Assembly (NCBI GenBank): GCA_964552945.1
Contig: CAZKIP010000005.1
Span: forward strand, 2,643-66,642
From: an uncultured Methanosarcinales archaeon
GTDB lineage: Archaea > Nanobdellota > Nanobdellia > Woesearchaeales > GW2011-AR9
Length of the DNA stretch: 64,000 nt
Reading direction: 5' to 3'
This document shows, piece by piece, positions 1-10,217 of the stretch (its first letter is position 1; the number at the start of each line of letters is the position of its first letter). A program made the position numbers and the translations under genes. The notes below the pieces were generated by a model. The model saw only the letters and a program-made list of their open reading frames with translations, was not told where the DNA came from and ran no database searches.

Positions 1-25
1 AGCAGCCTACATAGAACTTAAAAGG

Positions 26-1909
26 ATGGAAAGGCATGAAAATTTAAAATTAAAAAATCTTATTGACCAGAGACATGCCGATAGTCAACAAAAATTTCTT
101 CACTTACTACATGATATAATTCATAAAACAGGACAACTTGCTTTAATTCAGCAACTTCTCCCTCACGCAAAAGAATTAGATTATGAAATTGGTAAAAGAG
201 AAATTTATGGAACCATTCTGCAACCAACCACAAGACCAGATTTCATGTATACAAAACTTGTTACAGAATTCCCTGAAGGCAATTTAGAAGAAAGTTATAA
301 TTATAACGTTCATGGGGATACCAGCGAGGTAAATATATTCAGTTTTGATGATGATATCAAAACTCTTTATCACATAACTCCTCCTGAATTTCAATATAAT
401 GAAGAGATATATCAACTTCTTGATGATGCAAAAAGAATTCTTTCTGAGCACAAACCAACTAGAGAAGAATTTGTTAACCCAGAAAGAATGAGGGAAGTTT
501 TCTTCAATATTGGGAAAGATTTGCTAACAGATTTAATTCAACATAAAAAAATAGAGATGTCAGAAGAAAAAGTTGAACAATTGGCCAGAGCTCTTCTTCG
601 TTACACGGTAGGTTTTGGATTAATTGAACTCCTTCTTGCAGACCCTAAAGTACAAGATGTAAACATCAATTCTCCCAATGGTTCTCTACCAATTTTCATT
701 GTTCATCAGGATTACGGAGATTGCTACACCAACGTTTTTCCTACACATGCAGAAGTTGAATCATGGGCAACTAAACTGAGATTAATTTCAGGAAGACCTT
801 TAGATGAAGCAAACCCTATCTTAGATACGGAACTTAACGTAAGCAATTTTACATCGAGAGTTTCTGCAATAACAAATCCTCTCAGTCCCAATGGTTTAGC
901 ATTTTCTTTCAGACGTCACAGAGACCATCCTTGGACTTTCAACCTTTACACGCAACCAAAAATAAGATATATGAATTTTCTTGGAGCAGGATTGTTAAGT
1001 TTTCTTATTGGTAACAATGCCACTATTTTAGTTGCAGGAACAAGATCCAGTGGAAAATCGTCTTTACTAGGAAGTTTTTTGGTAGAAATTCCAAGAAGAG
1101 CTAGAATTCTTACCATCGAAGATACTTTTGAATTGCCTCAAGGATCTTTAAGAAAATTAGGATACAATCTAGAATCATTGAAAGTTGCTTCTGCTTTATC
1201 TAAAGGAGGTTCTGAAGTAGACCCTTCTATTGGTATAAGATCAACTCTACGTCTTGGAGATTCAGCAATTTTCGTTGGTGAAGTTAGATCCCATGAAGCG
1301 GTTGCTCTCTTTGAAGCAATGCGTGTAGGTGCTGCAGCTAATGTGGTAGCAGGAACAATTCACGCAGATTCTCCTTATGGAGTTTATGATAGAGTTGTTA
1401 ACGATATTGGAGTTCCAAAAACTTCTTTCAAAGCTATTGATATTATTGTAATTACAAACCCAGTTATTTCTGGTTTAAAAAAATATAAGAGAGTTTTAAG
1501 AGTTACAGAAGTAAGGAAAGAATGGGAAGACGATCCTTTAAAAGAACATGCTTTTGTTGATTTAATGGTCTATAATTCTAAAACTGACCAACTCGAAATC
1601 ACTGATGAATTGAGGAACGGAAATTCCATGATTTTGAAAAGAATGGCTGGAAGAATTAAAGAATTTGCAGGAAATTGGGATGCTGTTTGGCAAAATATTG
1701 AATTACGTGCCAACTTAAAGAAAGCGGTGGTTGATATTTCCATTGAATTAGATAGACCAGAATTATTGGAAGCAGAATTTTCAATTAAAGCAAATGATAT
1801 GTTTCATCTTATTTCTGATAAAGTGAAAATTAAAGAAGGAAAACTTGATCCAGAAAGAATTCTTTTCGAGTTTAAAGATTGGTTGAAGAAAGAAGTAAGA
1901 AAAAATTAA
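26..1909 (+). CDS. Type II/IV secretion-system ATPase, archaeal FlaI/ArlI/PilB-like
   Basis: Walker A GTRSSGKSS followed by the TIEDTFEL Asp box, and a VGEVRSHEA His-box-like segment; ~630 aa, typical of archaeal secretion NTPases. Confidence 0.75.
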   Translation: MERHENLKLKNLIDQRHADSQQKFLHLLHDIIHKTGQLALIQQLLPHAKELDYEIGKREIYGTILQPTTRPDFMYTKLVTEFPEGNLEESYNYNVHGDTSEVNIFSFDDDIKTLYHITPPEFQYNEEIYQLLDDAKRILSEHKPTREEFVNPERMREVFFNIGKDLLTDLIQHKKIEMSEEKVEQLARALLRYTVGFGLIELLLADPKVQDVNINSPNGSLPIFIVHQDYGDCYTNVFPTHAEVESWATKLRLISGRPLDEANPILDTELNVSNFTSRVSAITNPLSPNGLAFSFRRHRDHPWTFNLYTQPKIRYMNFLGAGLLSFLIGNNATILVAGTRSSGKSSLLGSFLVEIPRRARILTIEDTFELPQGSLRKLGYNLESLKVASALSKGGSEVDPSIGIRSTLRLGDSAIFVGEVRSHEAVALFEAMRVGAAANVVAGTIHADSPYGVYDRVVNDIGVPKTSFKAIDIIVITNPVISGLKKYKRVLRVTEVRKEWEDDPLKEHAFVDLMVYNSKTDQLEITDELRNGNSMILKRMAGRIKEFAGNWDAVWQNIELRANLKKAVVDISIELDRPELLEAEFSIKANDMFHLISDKVKIKEGKLDPERILFEFKDWLKKEVRKN

Positions 1910-1949
1910 TTACAAAAAGATTATAAAACAACCAATTATTTCTCTTTAA

Positions 1950-2363
1950 ATGATAATCGTAAGTGAATGTCTCGCAGGGATAAAATGTAGATATGATGCT
2001 AATTCAAAACCTTGTCAAAAAGTTATTGATTTAGTTAAAGATGGAAAAGCTGTTCTTGTTTGTCCAGAACAACTAGGCGGATTACCAACACCAAGGCCTG
2101 CAGCAGAGCAAGTTGGAGATTATATTCTTACCAAGGAAGGTAAAGATGTTACAATGGAATTCAACAAAGGTGCGGAAGAAGCTCTTAAAATTGCAGAACT
2201 TTCTGGAGCTAAAGAAGCCATTTTGAAATCGAATTCTCCCTCCTGTGGGTTTGGAAAAGTTTACGATGGAACTTTCTCAGGAACTTTGAAAGAAGGGGAT
2301 GGTGTCTTTGCAAAGCTTCTAAAAGAAAAAGGTTTTAAAATACGAACAGAAAAAGAACTTTAA
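1950..2363 (+). CDS. DUF523 family protein (TudS-like putative Fe-S desulfurase family)
   Basis: 137 aa; N-terminal VSECLAGIKCRYD...CPEQLGGLPTPR pattern typical of DUF523/YbbK. Confidence 0.45.
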   Translation: MIIVSECLAGIKCRYDANSKPCQKVIDLVKDGKAVLVCPEQLGGLPTPRPAAEQVGDYILTKEGKDVTMEFNKGAEEALKIAELSGAKEAILKSNSPSCGFGKVYDGTFSGTLKEGDGVFAKLLKEKGFKIRTEKEL

Positions 2364-3499
2364 TGATTAAAGAAAACAAATGTCACTCGTACAATCTTAA
2401 AAGACTTCCCAACGGCTGTTTATCATGCATCCTTGGCCAAAAGTTAGTTATCTTTATCACTGGCATCTGCCCTAGAAAATGTTACTTCTGCCCCGTCTCA
2501 GATGATAAATTTGGTAAGGACACAGCTTACGCCAATGAAAGAAAAATAAACACCAAAGAAGATCTTTTCATAGAAGCTGAATTAATGAGAGCAAAAGGAG
2601 CTGGAATAACCGGAGGAGATCCTTTAAGCAGATTAGAAAGGAGTGTAGATTACATCAAATCTCTCAAAGAGAAGTATGGCAAAGAGTTCCACATCCATCT
2701 TTACACTTCACTTAATTTAGTTACTAAGGAAACCCTAAAAAAACTTTATGATGCTGATTTGGATGAAATTCGATTCCATTTAGATTTAGATTCAGATAAA
2801 TTATGGGAGAACATCTTACTTGCTAAAGAATTTTCTTGGGATGTTGGAGTAGAGTTACCTTTAGTCCCTACAAAAGAAAAAGAGATTAAAAAAATAATCG
2901 ATTTCATTCAAGATAAAGTTTCTTTCCTCAACCTTAACGAGCTAGAGATTGCAGACAACTCTTTATCCAAATTGGGTGAGATGGATTTCAAAGTTAAAGA
3001 CAATTTAAGTTATGCTATCAAAGATTCTTTAGAAACAGGAATTAAGTTATTAGAATACATTGAAGAGAAGAATTATCCTTTACAAGCTCATTTATGTACA
3101 GCAAAATTAAAAGATGCCGTTCAATTGACAAATAGAATTAAAAGAGAATCTGAGAATGCAAAGAAAGAATTTGATTTGGTTGATGAAGAAGGAATGTTAA
3201 TTAGAGGAGCTTTGTATTTGCAAACTTTAGCTCCTGGATTTAAATATCGAGAAAAGTTAAAAGCAGATAATTCTAAATTAATTAAAGTATTGGAACCTCT
3301 TTGTGCTAGGATAAAAAAGAAATTCAAATTGGAAGATGTTGATATTTATTTAGATAAAGAGAAACCACGAATTCTCATTTCTAAAAAGTTAGTGAAAAAG
3401 AAGAAAGCCTATTTCATCATGTTGGGATTAAAACCAGCCATTGTTACCGAGTATCCTACCGCAGACCAGTTAGAGATTGAAGTTGAATTCTTAGAGTAG
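2363..3499 (+). CDS. Radical SAM domain protein
   Basis: CPRKCYFCP CxxxCxxC motif near the N-terminus and a GGDP SAM-binding-like motif; start overlaps upstream stop (ATGA). Confidence 0.6.
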   Translation: MIKENKCHSYNLKRLPNGCLSCILGQKLVIFITGICPRKCYFCPVSDDKFGKDTAYANERKINTKEDLFIEAELMRAKGAGITGGDPLSRLERSVDYIKSLKEKYGKEFHIHLYTSLNLVTKETLKKLYDADLDEIRFHLDLDSDKLWENILLAKEFSWDVGVELPLVPTKEKEIKKIIDFIQDKVSFLNLNELEIADNSLSKLGEMDFKVKDNLSYAIKDSLETGIKLLEYIEEKNYPLQAHLCTAKLKDAVQLTNRIKRESENAKKEFDLVDEEGMLIRGALYLQTLAPGFKYREKLKADNSKLIKVLEPLCARIKKKFKLEDVDIYLDKEKPRILISKKLVKKKKAYFIMLGLKPAIVTEYPTADQLEIEVEFLE

Positions 3500-3500
3500 A

Positions 3501-4136
3501 TTATTTAGCAGAGATATACAATTTATCATATTCCTCACAAGTAGAAATATTCACTCCACCACATTCAAAGTCTGTTGGAATACCAATGCATTCACTAGCA
3601 AAAGTAGTGTAAGGTCCGCCTCCAGCCACAGCATAATCCTTCTCAAATCCTAAACAGCTACATTGTTTATTGTAAGGGAAGGCACCTCCTTCTATCCAAC
3701 CATCAGTACTATATTCTCCTTTGTAGCTATCACATTCAGGAAAAGGAATCGTTGCTAGAGAAAAAACTAAAGCAAATAAACCAACTAAAAGAATTACTTT
3801 AACAGAGGAATATGATTTCACAGTAAAATAAAGAAGAACTAAATAAACTAAAACAATAATTGTATATAGTGAAGATGAAGTCTCCAGTCCCAAAAAATCA
3901 AATAAAATTCCTCCCAAGATATAAAATAAAAAGTAGATCAATAGCAATTTTAAACTGATTTTTATGATTTTTTTAAAAAGAAGAAAAAGTATAAGGAAAA
4001 CGTATAAAACAATAATTCCTATGGTGATTAAAAACCCTGCAAAGCCATTTATGGGAGACCAAAAAATAAAATAGGCAATAAAAGGCGCACTCATTAATAT
4101 TATTAATAAAAAACGAGAGATTGTTTTCCAAATCAT
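3501..4136 (-). CDS. Membrane protein with Cys-rich extracytoplasmic C-terminal domain
   Basis: ~5 hydrophobic helices followed by a Cys-rich tail (CDSYKG...CSC...ECIG...ECGG). Confidence 0.4.
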   Translation of the reverse strand: MIWKTISRFLLIILMSAPFIAYFIFWSPINGFAGFLITIGIIVLYVFLILFLLFKKIIKISLKLLLIYFLFYILGGILFDFLGLETSSSLYTIIVLVYLVLLYFTVKSYSSVKVILLVGLFALVFSLATIPFPECDSYKGEYSTDGWIEGGAFPYNKQCSCLGFEKDYAVAGGGPYTTFASECIGIPTDFECGGVNISTCEEYDKLYISAK

Positions 4137-4225
4137 TCTAGAAACAAATTAATTGAGTTATAAATAACTTACGATAACTTCAACAATTACTAAACTTTTT
4201 TAAACCACCCCAAATAACCAGTAGT

Positions 4226-5206
4226 ATGACTTACAGAATTATAACACATGGAAATTGTACAGATGGATTTTGCAGTGCTTTCGTTTTCAAGAAATATTAC
4301 AAATACTTAAGCAATCTAAAAAAGGATGATGTTGAAAATGCAGAAATCATCCCTCTATATCCTCGAGAAGTGCAACTTAATGAATTTGAATTTACTGACA
4401 AAGACATCTTATTAGACTTACCAAAACCAAAACATCCTGTATTTTTTTGGGCAGATCATCATTCTTCAAATAAACAAGATTCCTTGCCAGAAAACCATTT
4501 TTGGAAAATTGCTCCAAGTAATACTGGTTTTCTTCTTGAATTGGCCGAGAAGAATGGTCTTAAGATGACAAAAGAGTTGCAAGATTTTAAAAAAGCTATT
4601 GATAAAATTGATTCTGCTGATTATAAAAAAGAGGATATACTATCTTGCTATTATCCACAAAAAGAATACACTTCAGCTTTACAAAAACTACATCAAATTG
4701 GTTCAATGTTCCACACAAGAGATAATGTCCTTGACTTTGTAATTTTTACAACTTTACTAAAAGAGGATTTAGGTGAAACTCCACTTTCAACCACTTGGAC
4801 ATTGTCGCCTGAAATATTCCATAGGGCACAACTGATTAATTACCAAGATTGGAGAGACCATGTAGACGAGTATCTCGAATTAATTAGAAAAGTAGTTGTA
4901 CAAGATGATCGAAAAATAACTTTCTCTAGAGGGGTCCCAGATAGATTTTATTCTTACATTAAATATCCTGATGCTGCCTATAATCTTGTCATAAAACAAA
5001 TTGATGAAGATCATTTGAGATTTGGGATTGGTTCCAACATTTTCCACAAAGATAGATGCAAGGTTGACATTGGAAAACTTTGTAAAGAAGTTGGGAAAAA
5101 GTTTGGAGAAGGTTCTGGCGGCGGCCATTATTATGTTGGTGGTGGCACTATTCTCTTAAAGAATGGTGATAAAGCTAAAGAATTTATTTTGGGAGAATTG
5201 AAGTAA
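4226..5206 (+). CDS. DHH-family phosphoesterase (NrnA/RecJ-like, DHH-DHHA1)
   Basis: WADHHSS (DHH) motif and C-terminal GGGH (DHHA1) motif. Confidence 0.65.
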   Translation: MTYRIITHGNCTDGFCSAFVFKKYYKYLSNLKKDDVENAEIIPLYPREVQLNEFEFTDKDILLDLPKPKHPVFFWADHHSSNKQDSLPENHFWKIAPSNTGFLLELAEKNGLKMTKELQDFKKAIDKIDSADYKKEDILSCYYPQKEYTSALQKLHQIGSMFHTRDNVLDFVIFTTLLKEDLGETPLSTTWTLSPEIFHRAQLINYQDWRDHVDEYLELIRKVVVQDDRKITFSRGVPDRFYSYIKYPDAAYNLVIKQIDEDHLRFGIGSNIFHKDRCKVDIGKLCKEVGKKFGEGSGGGHYYVGGGTILLKNGDKAKEFILGELK

Positions 5207-5248
5207 TCCATAACAATTTTTATAAAAACCATTGACTAAAATAAATTA

Positions 5249-5803
5249 ATGCTTCATGTACCTAATCAATTAATTGTAAATACCGGAGAACACCATTTAG
5301 TTCAACCAACAATCGACGCTTTCATTGAGAAAGCAATTGATAGAATTAGGGCTAATAATTCCAGTGCAAAATTAGAAATAGATTTTCCCGATTTCAAATA
5401 TGATAGTGATCATTATTACAATGACAATATAGTTTATGTTTTAGCGAATAAGCAAGTTATATGTGGTTGTTTTGTTACAAGAACACCATTTAATTTTGTT
5501 CAATATACTTTTTTTAAAAATGGAAAAAACCTTAAAGAAACAGAACCACTTCCACAACCATCGATAGATGATTATTTTTCTGAAATTGAAGATGAAATTA
5601 GAAAGAATTATCCTGAACGTCCACACCCTTTTATTAGAAGAAACCCTCGCATTATTTCATATGGGCAAGATAAAGGTGACAGAGTTGATTACTTAATGAG
5701 GGATCAAATTCTTATTGCAGCCGTAATTCAAATAGGCCCAGAACCAGGAAGAAATACTTATATTAAAGATTTAGCCTTATATGAAAAAACACTTCAACCA
5801 TAA
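5249..5803 (+). CDS. Hypothetical protein
   Basis: 184-aa ORF with protein-like composition; no recognised motif. Confidence 0.3.
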   Translation: MLHVPNQLIVNTGEHHLVQPTIDAFIEKAIDRIRANNSSAKLEIDFPDFKYDSDHYYNDNIVYVLANKQVICGCFVTRTPFNFVQYTFFKNGKNLKETEPLPQPSIDDYFSEIEDEIRKNYPERPHPFIRRNPRIISYGQDKGDRVDYLMRDQILIAAVIQIGPEPGRNTYIKDLALYEKTLQP

Positions 5804-6231
5804 CAAACATCACAATCATCCAAATCTTTCTCCAACAGAAGATGAATCTTACACAAAGCCTTACTTTTTTTGATAAATGTATTAACATCCTGAATCACTC
5901 TGTAAGCACTTTTTGCATCTTTTATTTCAGTAACTTTTTTCTTTACAAAATCTTTAACTTCAGAAGGCAATTCTATCCCCTTTCCCCTCTTATCTTTTCC
6001 ATACTGAGAAATCGCAGCAGGAGTAACCCCTAGCAAAGAAGCGATGGCTTTTCCACTCTTACCTTTTTCCTTTAACAACTTAACCAATTCTTTTCTAATT
6101 GCAGGAAGAATGTACCAAACTTCTATCTCTTGAGGATGTTTTAGTGGGGCAGTCATTTTTTTAGTAATCTCTTTGTCCTTAAATATCTTTAGAAACCTAA
6201 CATTTCTTTCAATTCTTCTGAAGGTTGCCAA
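5794..6231 (-). CDS. Putative HTH transcriptional regulator (C-terminal CxxC); probable true start at internal Met ~6156
   Basis: GKAIASLLGVTPAAISQY helix-turn-helix; sits at the distal end of the suf operon; annotated N-terminus overlaps the DUF59 gene. Confidence 0.4.
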   Translation of the reverse strand: MATFRRIERNVRFLKIFKDKEITKKMTAPLKHPQEIEVWYILPAIRKELVKLLKEKGKSGKAIASLLGVTPAAISQYGKDKRGKGIELPSEVKDFVKKKVTEIKDAKSAYRVIQDVNTFIKKSKALCKIHLLLEKDLDDCDVCYG

Positions 6232-6473
6232 GGAGGATTAAAAGTAACTTCAATTTTTACTTCTTTAAAACCTTCTTTCTTAATTAATTCCTCTAAATCG
6301 GCAACCATCTGCGGACCAAAAGGACAGAAAGGAGAGGTGAAAGTAATTAACAAATCTACCTTCTCGCCATCAATTTTGATATCGTAAATAAGTCCTAAAG
6401 TCCAAACGTCTATATGAATCTCTGGATCTTCATACTTTTTGAAAACATTTTCAATAAGCTGTTCTTTATTCAT
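6189..6473 (-). CDS. DUF59/MIP18-family Fe-S cluster assembly protein (SufT-like)
   Basis: 94 aa, TSPFCPFGP motif characteristic of DUF59; embedded in suf operon. Confidence 0.7.
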   Translation of the reverse strand: MNKEQLIENVFKKYEDPEIHIDVWTLGLIYDIKIDGEKVDLLITFTSPFCPFGPQMVADLEELIKKEGFKEVKIEVTFNPPWQPSEELKEMLGF

Positions 6474-7231
6474 TTTAAATCACCAAACCCTTCTTGCTCA
6501 ATTTTGGCAGCAAGTTCCTTGCCTCCCTTGGCCACAATTTTTCCGTCAAACATAACTTCGACAGTATCTGGAGAAAGGAATTCCAAAAAACGATTGTAGT
6601 GAGTTATAACAATAATCCCTATCTCTGAACCTTCTTTAATTTTATTTATCGCTTTAGAAACTGCTTTAATTGCATCAACATCAAGTCCCGAATCTGTTTC
6701 ATCTAGCAAGGCATATTTTGGTTCCAACAATAAAAGTTGTAACATTTCCATAGTTTTCTTTTCACCACCAGAAAAACCAAGATTAAGATATCTTCCAGCA
6801 AAAACTTTATCCATCCCTAAAAGGTCCATTTTCTCATCTAGCAATTTCTTGAAATCCATTACAGACAATTTATCTTTCCTATTACCATTAACAATCGCTC
6901 TCAAAAATTTACGAATAGTAATACCCTCATATTCTTGTGGATGTTGAAATGATAAAAATAATCCCAATTTAGCCCTCTCCGAAACTGGCAAGGAAGTGAT
7001 ATCTTTTCCATCTAAAATAATTTGTCCTTTGGTAACTTTGTATTTTGGATGTCCCATTATTATATTTGCCAAGGTACTTTTTCCAGAACCATTGGGACCC
7101 ATTAAAGCATTAACATTACCTTTTTCAAATTGTAGATTAATCCCTCGTAAAATCTCCTTGCCTTCTACTTCCACGTGTAAATTTATAATCTCTAACATTT
7201 TTTTAATACCTGCAATGCTAACAAAGCACAT
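6470..7231 (-). CDS. sufC: Fe-S cluster assembly ATPase SufC
   Basis: ABC ATPase: GPNGSGKST Walker A, LSGGEKK signature, DETDSGLD Walker B; likely start at internal Met ~7198. Confidence 0.85.
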   Translation of the reverse strand: MCFVSIAGIKKMLEIINLHVEVEGKEILRGINLQFEKGNVNALMGPNGSGKSTLANIIMGHPKYKVTKGQIILDGKDITSLPVSERAKLGLFLSFQHPQEYEGITIRKFLRAIVNGNRKDKLSVMDFKKLLDEKMDLLGMDKVFAGRYLNLGFSGGEKKTMEMLQLLLLEPKYALLDETDSGLDVDAIKAVSKAINKIKEGSEIGIIVITHYNRFLEFLSPDTVEVMFDGKIVAKGGKELAAKIEQEGFGDLK

Positions 7232-7548
7232 TTTTCTCTAGTGTAACTGATAGGAATTCCTAACAAAGAAAAAACTTCGTCCTTCCCCATTTCCTTGATT
7301 TCTGAATAACTCATTCCCTTTACCTTTTCAGTAAGTAAAGAAGCAGCAGCTTGACTAATCGCACAACCATCTCCATCAAAAGAAATTTCTTTAACAACAT
7401 CATTCTCAACCACTAAAAAAATAGTAATCTCGTCACCACATAGAGGGTTCAAATCTCTAGCTGTGTTAGTAAAGTTTTTCATCTTCTTTTTATTTTGAGG
7501 ATGTTTGTAATGTTCCAAAATGTTTTCTTGATATAATTCTAAATCCAT
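7192..7548 (-). CDS. sufU: SufU/IscU-like Fe-S scaffold and sulfur-transfer protein
   Basis: NPLCGDEI ... GDGCAISQAAAS conserved Cys/Asp pattern of SufU/NifU N-domain. Confidence 0.7.
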   Translation of the reverse strand: MDLELYQENILEHYKHPQNKKKMKNFTNTARDLNPLCGDEITIFLVVENDVVKEISFDGDGCAISQAAASLLTEKVKGMSYSEIKEMGKDEVFSLLGIPISYTREKCALLALQVLKKC

Positions 7549-8729
7549 TATTGAAACACCTCCATTACTTTTTCCAATCCTAAAAAGAATTTATCCAAAT
7601 CTTCTTTAGTAGTGTAAATTCCAAAAGAAACTCTAGTCGTACCATTTATTCCCAATTCTTTCATTAAAGGCATTGCACAATGATGTCCTCCTCTTACAGC
7701 TATACCTTTTGAATTTAATATTTCACTAACATCGTGAGGATGAATTCCTTCCATAACAAAAGAGAAAACTCCTCCTCTCTCTTCTAAAGGACCAATTAAT
7801 TTAATTGCAGATACTTCATTCATTTTTTTCAAAAAGTAAGAAACTAGCTCTTCTTCTTTTTTCCATACATTTTCCATTCCAATTTGTTGCAAATACTCTA
7901 CAGCTTTACCTAAACCAACTGCTCCAGCCATGTTTGGAGTACCTGCTTCAAATTTCCAAGGTAATTCATTCCAGCTACTCCTTTCAAGAGAAACTTCTTT
8001 AATCATATCTCCACCACATTGGTATGGTTCTAATCCTGCTAAAAGCTCTTTTCTACCATAAAGAATTCCTATTCCGGTTGGAGCATACATTTTATGTCCT
8101 GAAAACACAAAAAAGTCACAATCTAATTCTTTAACATCTACGGGAAACTTTGCAATAGACTGGGCGGCATCAACAATAATTAAACCACCATTCTTATGTA
8201 CCATATCTGCCAAAGCTTTAACATCGTTAATAGTTCCAAGAACGTTAGACATCTGAAGAACGGAAACAATTCTTGTTCTCTCTGTAATTAGTTCTTCTGC
8301 TTTCTTTAAATCTAATTTGTAGTCAGAAGTTAAAGGAATGAATTTTAAGATTATATTTTTTTCTTTAGCTAATTGTTGCCAAGGAACAAGGTTACTATGG
8401 TGTTCCATTACTGAAAGAACTATTTCATCCCCTTCCTGTAAAGTTTTTCCAAGAGTATTAGCTAATAAATTAAGACTTTCAGTAGTTCCTTTAGTAAAAA
8501 CCACTTCTTCAAAAGAAGCGCCAATAAACTCAGCTATAATTTCATGCGCTTTTTCATATTCAACAGTTGCTTTCTGAGCCAAGGAATAAATTCCTCTATG
8601 TACGTTGGCATTTTCTGAAGTGTAATACTCATTTACTCTATCAATAACAACTTTAGGCTTCTGAGTGGTTGCAGAACTATCTAAGTAAACTAAACCATCC
8701 GCTAAAATAGGGAAATCTTTTTTCATCAT
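7548..8729 (-). CDS. sufS: Cysteine desulfurase SufS (class V aminotransferase, group II)
   Basis: SGHKMYAPTGIGILYG PLP-lysine region and RGGHHCAMPL motif typical of SufS. Confidence 0.85.
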   Translation of the reverse strand: MMKKDFPILADGLVYLDSSATTQKPKVVIDRVNEYYTSENANVHRGIYSLAQKATVEYEKAHEIIAEFIGASFEEVVFTKGTTESLNLLANTLGKTLQEGDEIVLSVMEHHSNLVPWQQLAKEKNIILKFIPLTSDYKLDLKKAEELITERTRIVSVLQMSNVLGTINDVKALADMVHKNGGLIIVDAAQSIAKFPVDVKELDCDFFVFSGHKMYAPTGIGILYGRKELLAGLEPYQCGGDMIKEVSLERSSWNELPWKFEAGTPNMAGAVGLGKAVEYLQQIGMENVWKKEEELVSYFLKKMNEVSAIKLIGPLEERGGVFSFVMEGIHPHDVSEILNSKGIAVRGGHHCAMPLMKELGINGTTRVSFGIYTTKEDLDKFFLGLEKVMEVFQ

Positions 8730-10129
8730 GCGTTCCCCTCAATTTCTAATTCTATTAACCTATTAAGTTCAAGAGCATATTCTAAAGGAAGTTGTCTAAT
8801 TATTGGTTCGACAAATCCTGAAACGATCATTTGCATAGCTTGTTCTTCATCTAATCCTCTACTTTGAAGATAAAATAAAGCATCTTCACTAATCTTCCCA
8901 ACTTTAGCTTCGTGGGCAGCATCAACGTCATTATTTTCTACTTTCAATTCGGGGATGGTGTTTGAAACTGAATTTTTATCTAAAATTAAACCATCGCAAA
9001 TCACACTTGTGGTAGAACCTCTAGCAATTGGCGCTATCCTTACTAAACCTCTATAATCTGCGATACCTCCATCTTTACTAATACTTTTTGACTTTATGGT
9101 AGAAGAAGTTCTTGGAGCTACGTGAATTGCTTTAGCCCCTATATCTTGATGTTGTCCTTTTCCAGCAAAAGCAATACTTAGATTGTCAGTTTTCGCTCCT
9201 TCTCCTCTTAAAATTGAGCAAGGGTATAACATTGTAACCGCACTTCCCATATTTCCAGAAACCCATTCCATTACTGCATTCTTATCTACTAAAGCTCTTT
9301 TGGTATTTAGGTTGAAAACATTTTTACTCCAATTTTCAATAGAAGAGTAACGCATTTTTGCATTTTCCTTAACAAATATTTCTACACAACCTGCATGTAA
9401 ACTTTGTTTGGCATATCTAGGAGAGCTACAACCTTCAATGTAATGTAATTCTGCACCTTCATCAACGATTATTAAAGTATGTTCAAATTGCCCTCCTTGA
9501 ACTTGGTTCATTCTAAAGTAAGCTTGTAGAGGCAATTCTACTTTAACATTTTTTGGAATGTAAATGAAAGTACCTCCACTCCAAACTGCTGCATGTAACA
9601 TGATAAATTTATGATCATTAACTGGGATGCATGACCTCATAAAATGCTCTTTAACCAATTCAGGGTATTTCTGAACTGCAACATCCATGTTTTCAAAAAT
9701 AACTCCTTTCTCTTCTAGACTTTTCTTAAGATTATGATAAACCATCCCTGAATCGTATTGGGCACCTGCTCCTGCCAACGCTTTTTTCTCCGCTTCCGGA
9801 ATTCCTAATCTGTCGAAAGTTTTCTTAATTTCATCTGGAAGATCTTCCCAGTTGGTAGTTTCGTCAGCATCAGGGTCACTGAAAAAAATAATGTTTTCAA
9901 AATCCAATGATTTTAAAGAAGGACCCCAGTTTGGTAGAGGGGTTTTTTGAAATGATTGTAAGCCTTGCAACCTTTTATTAAGCATCCATTCTGGTTCATT
10001 CTTGCTTTTTGAGATGTGCCTAATTAATTCTTCACTTAAACCTGGTTCAGCGATAAATCTAGCCTTATGATCATCTATTTGGTCGTAAAGTTCTCTGCTA
10101 ATATCCATATTTAGGGTTGTATTTTCCAT
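8726..10129 (-). CDS. sufB: Fe-S cluster assembly protein SufB (SufB/SufD family)
   Basis: 467 aa with conserved SufB/D C-terminal beta-helix region; first gene of the operon, coupled (ATGA overlap) to sufS. Confidence 0.75.
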   Translation of the reverse strand: MENTTLNMDISRELYDQIDDHKARFIAEPGLSEELIRHISKSKNEPEWMLNKRLQGLQSFQKTPLPNWGPSLKSLDFENIIFFSDPDADETTNWEDLPDEIKKTFDRLGIPEAEKKALAGAGAQYDSGMVYHNLKKSLEEKGVIFENMDVAVQKYPELVKEHFMRSCIPVNDHKFIMLHAAVWSGGTFIYIPKNVKVELPLQAYFRMNQVQGGQFEHTLIIVDEGAELHYIEGCSSPRYAKQSLHAGCVEIFVKENAKMRYSSIENWSKNVFNLNTKRALVDKNAVMEWVSGNMGSAVTMLYPCSILRGEGAKTDNLSIAFAGKGQHQDIGAKAIHVAPRTSSTIKSKSISKDGGIADYRGLVRIAPIARGSTTSVICDGLILDKNSVSNTIPELKVENNDVDAAHEAKVGKISEDALFYLQSRGLDEEQAMQMIVSGFVEPIIRQLPLEYALELNRLIELEIEGNA

Positions 10130-10131
10130 AA

Positions 10132-10147
10132 ATTAACAATTGTTAAT
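10132..10147. promoter_or_regulatory. Perfect 16-bp palindrome ATTAACAATTGTTAAT over the start of sufB (putative operator)
   Basis: Read directly from the sequence; lies 3 nt upstream of the sufB ATG and downstream of a TTTATAAA TATA box at 10153-10160. Confidence 0.5.
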
Positions 10148-10152
10148 CTTCC

Positions 10153-10160
10153 TTTATAAA
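10153..10160 (-). promoter_or_regulatory. TATA box of the suf operon promoter
   Basis: TTTATAAA ~25 nt upstream of the sufB ATG, consistent with a leaderless archaeal promoter. Confidence 0.45.
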
Positions 10161-10217
10161 GTTTATGGTGAAATAGAGAGAAAATGAAAAAAATGAAAAA
10201 AACTATAGAAAAAACAA

